A stretch of 59,459 nucleotides of DNA, filler included, from Sphacelaria rigidula (lineage: Eukaryota), in assembly GCA_964200075.2 (NCBI GenBank). It is 9 parts of 9 records of this genome, joined end to end, with 100 filler letters (N's around TTAATTAATTAA, not from the genome) between each part and the next. Parts side by side here need not be neighbours in the genome. Positions count along the whole stretch, not along the records: positions 1 to 6,518 come from CAXNAA020019587.1; positions 6,619 to 13,136 come from CAXNAA020019588.1; 7 more parts are not named here. One strand, 5' to 3'. The notes under the pieces are model-generated. The model searched no databases, was not told the origin of the DNA, and saw only the letters and a list, made by a program, of their open reading frames with translations. Shown here in pieces: positions 1-10,400 of the stretch. Each line of letters starts with the position of its first letter. The stretch's first letter is position 1. Position numbers and translations under genes: made by a program.

Positions 1-1867
1 CCCCTATCGTAGGATGACTCAATATTCATCTTTTAGATGTGTATCCCAGGATTTATGAAGGTTAGGGTTTGGATTAGGCGCACCACGTTTCAATGAATAA
101 GTAGTTGAATGAAAAATCGAAACACAGTTTACCCATCGATCACAAACGAACAACAACAACTGATTAGTTTTTTAGTCATCAGCCATACAATCAATTATTA
201 AAATGGATCTTTATGGTCAATTAAATGATAATGAGATATACTGATTATACTCCAGCTGTGTGCTGCTACTGCTACAACTACCAGTGACTATAGAAAATAA
301 AAAAGAGTGGTGAGAGTATGGACATCATTGATGGCAAAAACGTGTATATAGGGCAGGTGCTCTTATCCTCAAATTCACATGGTCCAGAAGTTACGGGACG
401 GTGTTTGGGGTTTGTTGAGTCGGTCACGAAATGTTCATTGACAGCCTGTCGCTCAACTCCCCCCCTATCGTTAGCCTAGTTCAACGAAAACCCGGCGTTA
501 CGGATATCGAAATACATAGAAGAAACCTGATGTGAGTCGGAGGAAAAGTCCAACTGGTGCATTGCAAGGTTCTCGGATCGCCAAGAGGCGCGAGGCTCGG
601 CAGAAAGTGCTCTTGTTTCCTCCGGGGTGCATCGGAGACATGACGCACTCCGTGTCGATATCGACAAAGTTGATGCGCGCCGCTGTGGTTGAGAACGGTG
701 CCCGCATTGTATGCTCTCGGACCGATTGCCTTAGGTGAGCAGTAAAGGTCTCGAACCGGCTGTTGCTCGTAGGATTTGCGGCTCGTGTACCCTGTACCGT
801 GAATGCGTGATATATCGTACAAAAGGTTCAACCCGTCTCTCGTCTGTAGCACCAGAGTTGCAGAAGTAACCGCGAAATGTTGCTTTATTTCCCATCTATG
901 GTATGCTGCAGAGTGGGGCACGCCGTGTACACGGCTTGGGAGGACACTGAATGACAGCGCCCTTGCGGACGTGCGGGGGAATGGAGGAGCAGTACAAGCA
1001 GCAAATAAGAGTCCCCGGATACCAACGGCGACGCCGGAGTTCGCCTGCAATGAAAGCGCAATGCGTGCTATGGGAGCTGTTAGAACTAATGGGTGAGTGG
1101 CGAAAATCCATGTGCAGATGATGGAAAGATACATGAAAGAGGCGGAAACACCGTGAGTCCCGATGTTGCTGCGCATTGTACATACTTGCTGGTTTCCGGT
1201 GGGAAAGCCCACAAGTATTTTCGGGCGGCAGCCGGAGAGTGGGCTCAGGTAAACTGCCCTACCCTGGAGGGCACGGGTGATATTCCAAGCGCTATTCCGA
1301 AACCATAATAGCGGCAGCCTCGTGCTGGGATAAGCCACGGCAACAATCACGCGGTGAGCATTCCCAGGTGGTGGTGGTGGTGAAGTACAATCGCAATTAC
1401 TTGCTCAAAGAATGACTATTTAGGATATCGGGTATACGCTATCGAACCAATTCTTGAAATATTTAGTCTTCCGGTGAAAAGCTGGTACGTGTCACGTACT
1501 TTTTACGATTTTGCGGCAAGTGTTGCCGCGCTATTTGAATGAGCGAAGTTGGTTATTGTAAGAGGGTTCATACTATGCTGTCACTAGTCACACTATTCGG
1601 TTAATCGTTCAGGCTCGTCATATATTTACATACATTTCGATAGTGGTTAGGCTATGTCGTGTTAGAGTTTGGCTATCCCTTCATGGTAGAGGGTTGGCTG
1701 GAGTCTTGGATACTGGTGTAAGTAGTTTGCCCTATGTAGATACCTATTTACTACTTGCCAACATGTTTTTTGCGTACACAGCTTCTTCTTTTTTAATTCT
1801 GAAGCTAGTTATCTGAAGCTGTTTACCACCCGCCGTCCCTCCCCTCCTCCCCCATGCTGCGAAAAAT

Positions 1868-2340
1868 ATGAAACTGCGATTTTGGGTGGGGGACCTAGAC
1901 CTGCCAGAAAGAAGAAAGAGATATACCAGTCGTCGACAAGGCGAGGAAGAAGATGGACAGAACTGCCTCTGTGGCGAAGCAATAGAGAGCAGAAGTCATA
2001 TTGTGGTAGAATGTGAACTACACAAGGAGGAATGGAACGTGCTAGAGGGGGAAATGCGGGACGTGAACGAAGGTGGCATAAAATCGTTTGATGCATTAGA
2101 AAGCTGGGAGAAAACAATGGCTATACTAGGAGATAGGTGGTGGCCACAGACGGCGAAACAGGGCGGGGATAAGATATGTAAAAGGTTCTTGTGTAATGTA
2201 TGGAAGAACGTAATAAGCTGCAGAAGAAACGTGATGAGCGCCAAAATGTAGGAGGCGTCTCTGTTAGGAGTAGGAATGGTGCTCCGTCTCGAAAGGGGGG
2301 TGCGTGGTCAAACGACTAAGGTAAGCAAGAAATGAGTACG

Positions 2341-2372
<32 letters not shown>
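1868..2372 (+). mobile_element. 5'-truncated non-LTR retrotransposon (LINE) 3' end with C-terminal zinc-knuckle-like region and poly(C) tail
   Basis: ORF 1868-2251 contains CLCGEAIESRSHIVVEC (CxC...HxxxxC, typical of LINE ORF2 C-termini). It is followed by TGGTCAAACGACTAAGGTAAGCAAGAAATGAGTACG and a C-run. The same 3' end recurs at 8284-8377 (-), 9940-9975 (+) and 41752-41830 (-). Confidence 0.7.
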
Positions 2373-2995
2373 CACAAGGAAAATGGACCGAGAAAAAACA
2401 AGTGATGAGNNNNNNNNNNGGAGGGGTGGTGCGCGCGCTCGAAAGGGGGGGGGGGGGTCAAAAGAAAAAGGAAGGCAACAAAAGGAGACCCCCCCCCCCC
2501 CCCCCCCACCTCGCGCGATGTTCAAAGTGAAATTGCCAGTTGAGAATTGAAGTTATCATGGATGATCGCCAGGCTGAAGGTGGACGGAATGGCAAGCACG
2601 ACCACTGTGCAAGTGGGACGACAACGTCCTATATTCTACGGGGGTAATACTCCTCTTGTATGTATCCTCACGTTCAGTAATCAAGCGCTTCGGCCCTGCG
2701 GTACTTTCGACGCCTTCCGTACATCCTCTTTACACCTCGCTCCTCGCCCCTCTTACCTTTCGAAATATTAACCTTTGCAATGTTTTCTTCGCGCCTTACG
2801 TTTTTGCGGATTGGTTGTTGATGATCGCCGTCATCGGGACGGGATCGGACTCCGGGGTATGTTGCGTTCGCTGATCGCTACTGCCGTGTTTGGTCGTGTG
2901 TGTGGTCATCGCAAAGCGAGGTGGAGTAGGGTGTGAGGTGGCCGAACATACTGTGAAAACCCCGCAAATCACTTCGTCCGCGGATTCAGGGGAAG

Positions 2996-3890
2996 GTGGG
3001 ACGGGCGGCGATGGCGTGTTGCCCGACTATGGCATCTCATCTAACTTCTGGCGAGAGTCGAAGGTTGGCAAACCCCACCCATACTCCAGTTCGAATAGCG
3101 GGATGTTTCTCGGACCCGACGGACCTCACTGGGGAAATTCACAACGAGGAGTGCCGCAAGAAGTACGCCGGGCTCAATAGCTGTCGGCAATCGCCCGGGG
3201 CGAACCTGAGCGTGCACGAGCAGCACCACTCAAAGCTTTCGAAGTATTTTGCTAGCCTCACCCGTTCGACTTTCGACGCGTTCACGTTCACCACGGTCTT
3301 GCTGAACGAGTTGGAGGACGCCTCCATCAACCGGCGCTCATCAGACTTAATGCCTGGACGCACCAAGGATCACGCCACCGATCGTCAGGCAGCTTGCTGC
3401 AATGAACCGTGAACCTGTGGGAGATGCGTTTGTAGTTCGCCCGTGACGAGGTCTTTTGACGCATACGGCAAAATGAGCATGGAACACCTCAACACTCCCT
3501 ACGATAGTCTCGCGGGGGCGGAGGGGGAGGGGGGGGCAACGAGACAACGCGCACCTTGGGAGAATGTTTCATGCATTGCTCTATCGGCTTCACTACACAT
3601 AGGGCCTCGTCCTACTTGGCTCGGGTATGTAGTTGAGTATTTTTTGGATGTCTCCGTCGAAGGTTAGGTCAGTGTTTTTTGGGGAGTCTCCGTTGCCATT
3701 TTTATTTTATCTTTATTTTTCCCCTGGTTTTGAATTTGAATTTTATCCGTCTTTTGTTTTTTCCTGCTGCTCCTTTTTGTATTCGATGGTTAACATTTTC
3801 TTTCCTCTGCGTCATGTTTCCTATTTAGATCATTATGGCCGTCTTGTGACCACAGCTGGGTTCGTAGCGGAGTGATCAATAATGTGTGAA
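2996..3890 (+). mobile_element. Degraded non-LTR retroelement remnant(s)
   Basis: Frameshifted ORF pieces (RIAGCFSDPTDLTGEIHNEECRKKYAGLNS...) recall recurrent brown-algal retroelement peptides, from memory only. The 3' end CTTGTGACCACAGCTGGGTTCGTAGCG...ATGTGTGA recurs at 6768-6812 (CTTGTGACGACGGCTAGATTTGTAGCG...ATGTGTGA). Confidence 0.4.
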
Positions 3891-4047
3891 AAATCTATCG
3901 AATTAATACATTCAAGGAAGGGACTTCATCAAATTCAGGCCGGTACCCAGCCAACCCTTGACTCTCGATAATGGGGAAGTACGTTAGGGGAATGCTTGTT
4001 TTCCTTGTCCTTGAACGGTACGCACAATAGAATAATGCCTTCATCGC

Positions 4048-4640
4048 CCACGGCCGACCTGTACGTGAAAAGCTAAAAAATGACGAGTCTTTGTTGTCTC
4101 TGCAGCCCGAAGTAGACGACGTTTCGCTGCCTTCGGATATACCGTTCGGCCGCGGGTCTGAATGAAACGGCTAGTGTGAAAAAAACACGTGCTCGTGTAT
4201 ACTCACGGCTGACTATCTGTAGCGATACGGTACGGTACGGTACGGTACGGTACGATACTGCACTATTTGGCCATAACATTGACCGTGCGGGCAAGTGCTT
4301 CCTGGTTCTGCAACCGTCAAATTCGAACAAACATTCTGCTGACTGTACGGTACTGTATTGTATGCTAGGGTACTGAATTATAGCGGGATCTTCCTTTGGG
4401 TCGGTAGTGATAAATATACGTTGAAAGGAACTTCTTCTGCGCGTTTCTTCGCCAGTACGCGCACTGGGTCAATGACTTCACTATCCACGGCCCGCCTGTG
4501 CGCCAGCACCACAAAAGTGAGGCGATTTCGCTACCCGCGAATTTGGCGTTCGGCCACGGGTCTGAACAGAAGGGCTGATGTGAGGACAGTACGTGCTTGT
4601 TTACGGCGGTTGCGGCGGTAGTGTACTGTAGAGTACTAGT
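4048..4640. repeat. Two diverged direct copies of a ~150-250 bp dispersed repeat
   Basis: CCACGGCCGACCTGT...CGTTCGGCCGCGGGTCTGAA (4048-4161) versus CCACGGCCCGCCTGT...CGTTCGGCCACGGGTCTGAA (4486-4566), with a (GTACG)n microsatellite at ~4226-4254. Confidence 0.55.
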
Positions 4641-4793
4641 GAGCATTCGACCGAGCGGGAAAATGCTTCAGAGTGCGTCAGTGCATCGATGTCTAGGGTG
4701 CGCCTGCGAACGCAGGGATGCCGCGTCGGGAAAATGTTACATATGCATTTCGTTGCACATCCCTACTTCGCCGACCGTTACCAGGTTAGTATC

Positions 4794-4935
4794 CAGAGGT
4801 GGGCACCGGATAAGAAAACCGAAAAAACGGTTACCGGATAAGGAGGCGTTATTTTGAAAAACAAAAAACGGGTTAAACCGGTTATTTTCAGCCGGTTTAA
4901 CCGGTTCACCAGAAAACCGGTTTCACCGGATAAGC
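4794..4935 (+). mobile_element. DNA-transposon end (hAT-like) with clustered subterminal motifs
   Basis: Starts CAGAGGTGGGCA and is followed by dense ACCGG/CCGGT/ACCGGATAAG motifs in both orientations. No matching second end is seen. Confidence 0.4.
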
Positions 4936-5329
4936 AAGGGAAAACGCCTCCAAATCATTGAAACGCAGATGAATTCGGCGCTGTTGTCGTATGTTTCGTG
5001 TGTGGTGGGTGATGGATACTCTCGAACACACCTATTGCCGGTAACGGCAAGCTTCAATCTCACACCTCCGCACTCCGCACTCCGCACCCGTGCAACACCT
5101 GTCGAACTTTACAGCACATTGACTGACGACTGGTGACGAAGAGTTTTATGCGTGATAGGATATGGTGTTCGTGATTACGTGAACAGCTGCTGTTCAAATC
5201 TTGCATCTATCCCTAGCAAACACAGGGTGTCAAAAGTAGAAAATAAAAACTATACTCCGGAGTAGCAGATAGTAGTGGGAACCTGAACCGTTCTCATTCT
5301 ATTTTCTTCGTCATCGGCGATTTTCTCAG

Positions 5330-5730
5330 GCTCTTCCGCTTGTCACCGCCCATCACATTGGGGATTTGAAGATACTTGTATCCGCTCCACGTTCAATGAA
5401 AACGAAAATCCTCTGTACTCAACATTGGGTGACTTACAGGCTGACCGGTCATCGGGGGTCCTGAAAACTTTCAGCACAGATTCTGACTCTCTAGAAGTTT
5501 AGGTCGATCAAGCCTGTCCCGATCGTTGTTGTAAAGAAATGTACAGTTTTATTTTTGGGGATTTCTACCTACTCACTGCACCAGAGCCTAATAGCTGTGT
5601 TTCACGGTCAATAACACCCTTCTTATGAACGGCGTATCTGCTCCTATCGCCCGGTATCACTACGTAACACTACTTGGGCACTCTTTTGTTTAGGATTATT
5701 TGCTCATTTTACAAAAAATTACCGACGCTA
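5330..5730 (+). repeat. Dispersed repeat family C, copy 1 (interrupted by a LINE)
   Basis: GTGTTTCACGGTCAATAACACCCT...CTTGGGC...ACCGACGCTA also occurs at ~50230-50525 (+) and, reverse-complemented, at ~21520-21910. Confidence 0.7.
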
Positions 5731-6508
5731 CAGGCTGCAGGCCTCACCAAGATGCTGAGATCCGCCGCAGTAGACACCGCGCCCCGCGAGAGAAACCAAA
5801 GAGGCTCCCACAGCTAGTGCGCGAGTGCCGAGACCAAGGCAAAGATCCACGCTGCATGGATGGCGAGGGAAGAAGCACGGAGGGCATCGATATCACCGCC
5901 CACTGACACCAACCTCAAAGAGAGTTTTGAAGAAGGCCAACAAGGAACTTCGTCGTGTTAGAGCACATGCGGTGGAGAGTTCCTTCGAGACGTACGTCAG
6001 CCGACTTCAAGCGCACATCGCGAGAGGTGACCAACGCGGTTTCTACCGGCACCTGAAGGGAATCGATGTCGAAGGGAGAAAACCATGTAGCTCACAGCAG
6101 CAATATATCCGCGATGACAAGGGTCAGCTGCTCAGAGACGTTGAGCTCATCCGCCCGCGGTGGGTACAGTGGTTTCACACCCTCCTCAACACCAAGTCGC
6201 CCCGCCTCAACCCAGCAATCATCGACCAACTCCAGGCGCGACTTCTGAAGACAGCGCTAGACGAGGTGTCTACAATAGACGAGACAGCGGATGCCATACG
6301 GTCTATGTCCAACAGAAAAGCCGTTGGCCCAGATGAGCTGCCGGCTGAACTGCTGAAGATACTCCTCGACGGTGACGACACTAGCCGACTACAGAGATTC
6401 CACGCCATCATCGTTGACATCTGGGGCGGAGCAGCCGTACCACAAGAATGGAAGGATGCGGTAATGCGTGAGAGGACCGCGTGCTTAGAGGACCGCATCG
6501 GAATTTGA
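5731..6508 (+). pseudogene. RTE-like LINE ORF fragment (linker between endonuclease and RT, plus start of RT)
   Basis: GDQRGFYRHLK...YIRDDKGQLLRD...RWVQWFHTLLN...AIRSMSNRKAVGPDELPAELLK...VPQEWKDA. KAxGPDxLPAELLK and PxxWKxA are hallmark non-LTR RT domain 0/1 motifs. It is frameshifted upstream and breaks off after WKDA. Confidence 0.85.
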
Positions 6509-6518
6509 ACATCTCTAT

Positions 6519-6618
6519 NNNNNNNNNNNNNNNNNNNNNNNNNNNNNNNNNNNNNNNNNNNNTTAATTAATTAANNNNNNNNNNNNNNNNNNNNNNNNNN
6601 NNNNNNNNNNNNNNNNNN
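6519..6618. other. Artificial scaffold linker (44 N + TTAATTAATTAA + 44 N)
   Basis: Identical 100-nt linkers occur at 6519, 13137, 19755, 26373, 32991, 39609, 46226 and 52843. TTAATTAATTAA gives stops in all six frames. Confidence 0.98.
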
Positions 6619-7494
6619 CTTCCTTTTCCATGCATCAGCATGAGTACACCCTTCCTTTTCCCTTCACTCGTTCTCATCTTCTGTCCTCTCTTGTTCATCT
6701 TTTCCCTCCAGCGCCTCGAGTCTATCCCGTTTTGCTTTGCTTTTTTTTTTGGATACTGAACGCCTCTCTTGTGACGACGGCTAGATTTGTAGCGCGTGAT
6801 TGTATGTGTGACAATATTTTAACCAATCAATCGCCAATCGGTACTTTGAAAAAAATTTCCCGTTGCCTCGCACCGATCGAGGCCGTACTTTTTAAGCGAT
6901 TGATCGTGTGGTCTGAAACTGGTGGACCAACTCGTGGGGTTGGCGTCGCTTGGCCACGACGCTGTAAAACACGCCACTCACTGCGTAAGCTAGGCAACCA
7001 GGTTACCATTCATTTTTTGCGCGCTTGCTTTTTGTTTTTGTTTTCCCGGTAAACATGATGGTGGTCGAGATAATAGATCATTTTGTGCGGGGTGGGAAGA
7101 CCTTGATTCTGCGCAGAGGGGATGATTGATGACGATACTGCATAGTGGTTGGATGGTGAGACACCTATGAGGCACCGTGTAAGCCGTGACTGTCTCGGGA
7201 AGTGGCGATACCAGAAAATGAAGCAACTCGTTGCATGCTGTCATCCAAATGCAAGATAACCAGCGCAAATCGGACCGAACCATCTTGGCACGGTGGAGCT
7301 CACCGTTCATGCGACTCGCCTAACACACCACGGGGCTTGGCGCTTGGTGATTGATTGCGACCCTGTTCCGGCGAGAACCCGGCGTGCCCCGTCCTGGCTT
7401 TGTAGGACTGCGAGGTGGATGGTCAAATGACCGCGTCATGCAAGATGATGGATCACCCCCACCCCCAACAAAAACAAAAAATGATAACACGCAG

Positions 7495-10400
7495 GCGGGA
7501 GTGCCGTTACTGTTCTGGACGTGCGCGAACGAGGTGACCCCGATCGCTCAGGCCAAGCGTTTCTATCCCCTGTTTGCTATACTGGGCAACCTGGCGCCCA
7601 TCGCCTCGGGGCAGACGATGGCCTACGTTAGCCGGAACAGACCGGCCGGGATGAATTCGGACGTAGCCTTCGAGCGCACGTTGAAGGTGTGAAAATGTTC
7701 CGTGTTTTTATTGTTTTTGTTTTTTTTTAGCGATTGTTCATCATGTGCCTATAATTTTTGTTCATTCATTTTTGACTTGATGTTGTCGACAGGGGTGGGA
7801 GACGGAAAGGAGGCGGGGGGTACTACTCATGATTGTGCATGGCATAGTCGTTAGACCACTGAAGGGTTGGGTGTGTGCGGGGAACATTCAGCGGTAATGC
7901 GTATGGAAAGCACTGACCTTTTTTTTGTTGATGCTCGAAATATTTGCTTCCTTGTCCCAAGGAGAGTCAATGGTACGGTGCGATACATGCTTGAATATAT
8001 ATCAATTTCACACAGTAATATATCGCGGAAGAAAACAGTTGGCTTTCTGGTACAGACGTGTGTTGAATGAGTGAAATTTAGCACGTCGTGGTGAAAATGT
8101 GCTTCGAAAATACTATTGATTTTAAAGAACCCAGCTATGTTGGAGGAAGAGGGCAAGAAATGTATGTAGTAATTTATCCTGGAAGATGAGATTTGAAGGT
8201 ACTACAGGCAGCTACGGGAGTGGCCTAACGAACTTGGAAATATTTCGGTAGACGCACTTTTTCCCCACCCCATAATTGTGGAGGGAGGGGGGGGGGAGGC
8301 GTACTCATTTGTTGCTTGCCTTAGTCGTTTGACCATTGACCACGCATCCCCTTAGAGCCGGCGCCCCCTTCCTACTCNNNNNNNNNNCGCGCCAGCTCCC
8401 TCGGTATGGCGGGCGCCGCCGCCCCCCTCCCCCGGGCGGGATTGGGGGGGGGGGGGGGGGGGGGAGGAGTGATGTCCAGGTGTCTGACTCCTCAAGCTCA
8501 ACACAACCCGATATGAATGTTTTTTTTTTGTAGTCACTCCCTATCTAACTTCGGTTTCCCTGACTCGTGGTCAATTGTGACTCCTCAGCTGTGTCAGAAT
8601 AAGCATGTACCTCCTTACCCCGACCACGACGCTTGTTCATATTTGAAAAGCCCTCAAAGCGGTCAGTCGCTTGCTTCCATATGTTGGAGTGGCATCAGTT
8701 TCCCATGAACAGCAGAATAAGCTATTGACCTACAATTACCTTGTCATTGTTGTACATGTACCGCATACTCAAAAGCTTCATATTTTGAATATTTCAGTGG
8801 ATGTGACGGGCAGAATAGAATGACTTCCAATTTAGGGCATTAACTCCCTCCCAGTTCTCCTCTCGTGCCCTATATTTTCTCCTTGAGTTTTTCGATCCTG
8901 TAAAAAGTGGTGTTCCATACCGTACCGTGCACACATCCGTCCAATGAAATGGAAGTGGACACCTACCGAATGGAACCGAAACCTATCCATTCATCCATCC
9001 GTCGTCGTTGGATAGCCACCCCTGGCTACCCCCGACAAAAAATACCCAATAACTACCCCGACACGGCCGTTTTCCGTGCTAAAAGGTTTGAATTTTCATG
9101 TCAGGGTAAGCTTGAGCTTCACGTGGCTACGTACACCAGTTGACTCGTTCGGTATCTGTAATATGTTGGTCTGTGCCACCTTCGCTCCTGTTAATGTTTT
9201 TGTTGTTTGTTGTTGTTTTGGGTTGATGTATCGACGTGCATAATGGTGATGTATGTTTGAGTGTGTGGGGGGGGCGCCGATCGATTGCCCCGTGATGCCA
9301 TCTCTCGTGCGTGTGCGGCAGATCTTGTCCGGCTTGATACTGGGCGCCGGTGGGTCAATCATGCTTCTCTACGAGGTGATCATGGCCATCAGCAAGAGGG
9401 AGGCGGAAGAAAGTGAGTTTTTTTTCATTTATTTGTTGTTCGTCTTCCTTTTTTTTTTCTTCACTTTTACTTGACTATTTTTCATTTCGTTATGTGTTAT
9501 TTTTCTTGTTTTGTCAAGTTGAAAAGGGTGAAGGCGAGCGGGGGAGAGGTCAACGTCCATGGAGGAATCGTCGGAATAGATACCGATATTGGGACACCTT
9601 GTAGCCTGTGCCTGAGCGAGAGCGAAGGTTCTCGGCATATCTCGCGTTCGGCCTAGGGTTAGGGTTGTGGTTAAGGTCAAGGTTGAGAATCGAAAAAAAC
9701 AACAACAACGATGTATGTCATTATCCAAGTAAGGCACGAGAGTAGGGAACCTGGTTAGGGCGAATGCAAAAAATGACGACAGCGCTGATCCAATCCGCTA
9801 TACCAAATATTCCGGGGGAGAGACAAGGGAGTCATCCCTAGAAAAGAGGGGAGTGAGGGCATGGCGGAGATTTAGAGGTCAGGGGGGCGAGGTCGATGAT
9901 GAAACTCATATTCCCCTCGCCCCTCCTGCTCTCTCGTTTGACCTTTGGCAAGCAACAAATGAGTACGCCCCCCCCTCCTGCTCTCTCGCCTGTGCATCGC
10001 ATGTAGATGTCACCTTTTTTTCTTCTCGACATACTTTGAACCTCAACCCTACCCTTTCATCTGGATGAATCCGTGGTCTCGAAGGATCAATCTCCGTCTT
10101 GCCTTCTGGGTACCCCGGATCGCATAATGACCAACACTACTCCCGCACCGCGTCGACTGCCGTCTAACATACTTGAGCACACAAACGCTTTTTGCTGCCC
10201 ACATCCTCAGGCTTTCAATGGCAGAAATCTGATGCTTTTGAGGAAAATGATGAAAAAAGAAAGAAGCGGAACTAGATGCGTCTGCTGGGAATCGGAGCCG
10301 CGTTGTGTCGAGATCCTAAAATAATGCTGTCAGTTGTACTGTTAGACCTCCGGGCGATGCGATGCGATCGTTTTTTTACTTCATCCCGGAACAAATCGGC

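Noticed and set aside
9654..9686. Telomere-like TTAGGG repeats
   Set aside because: Only one or two perfect units, degenerate and intronic, so not a chromosome end.
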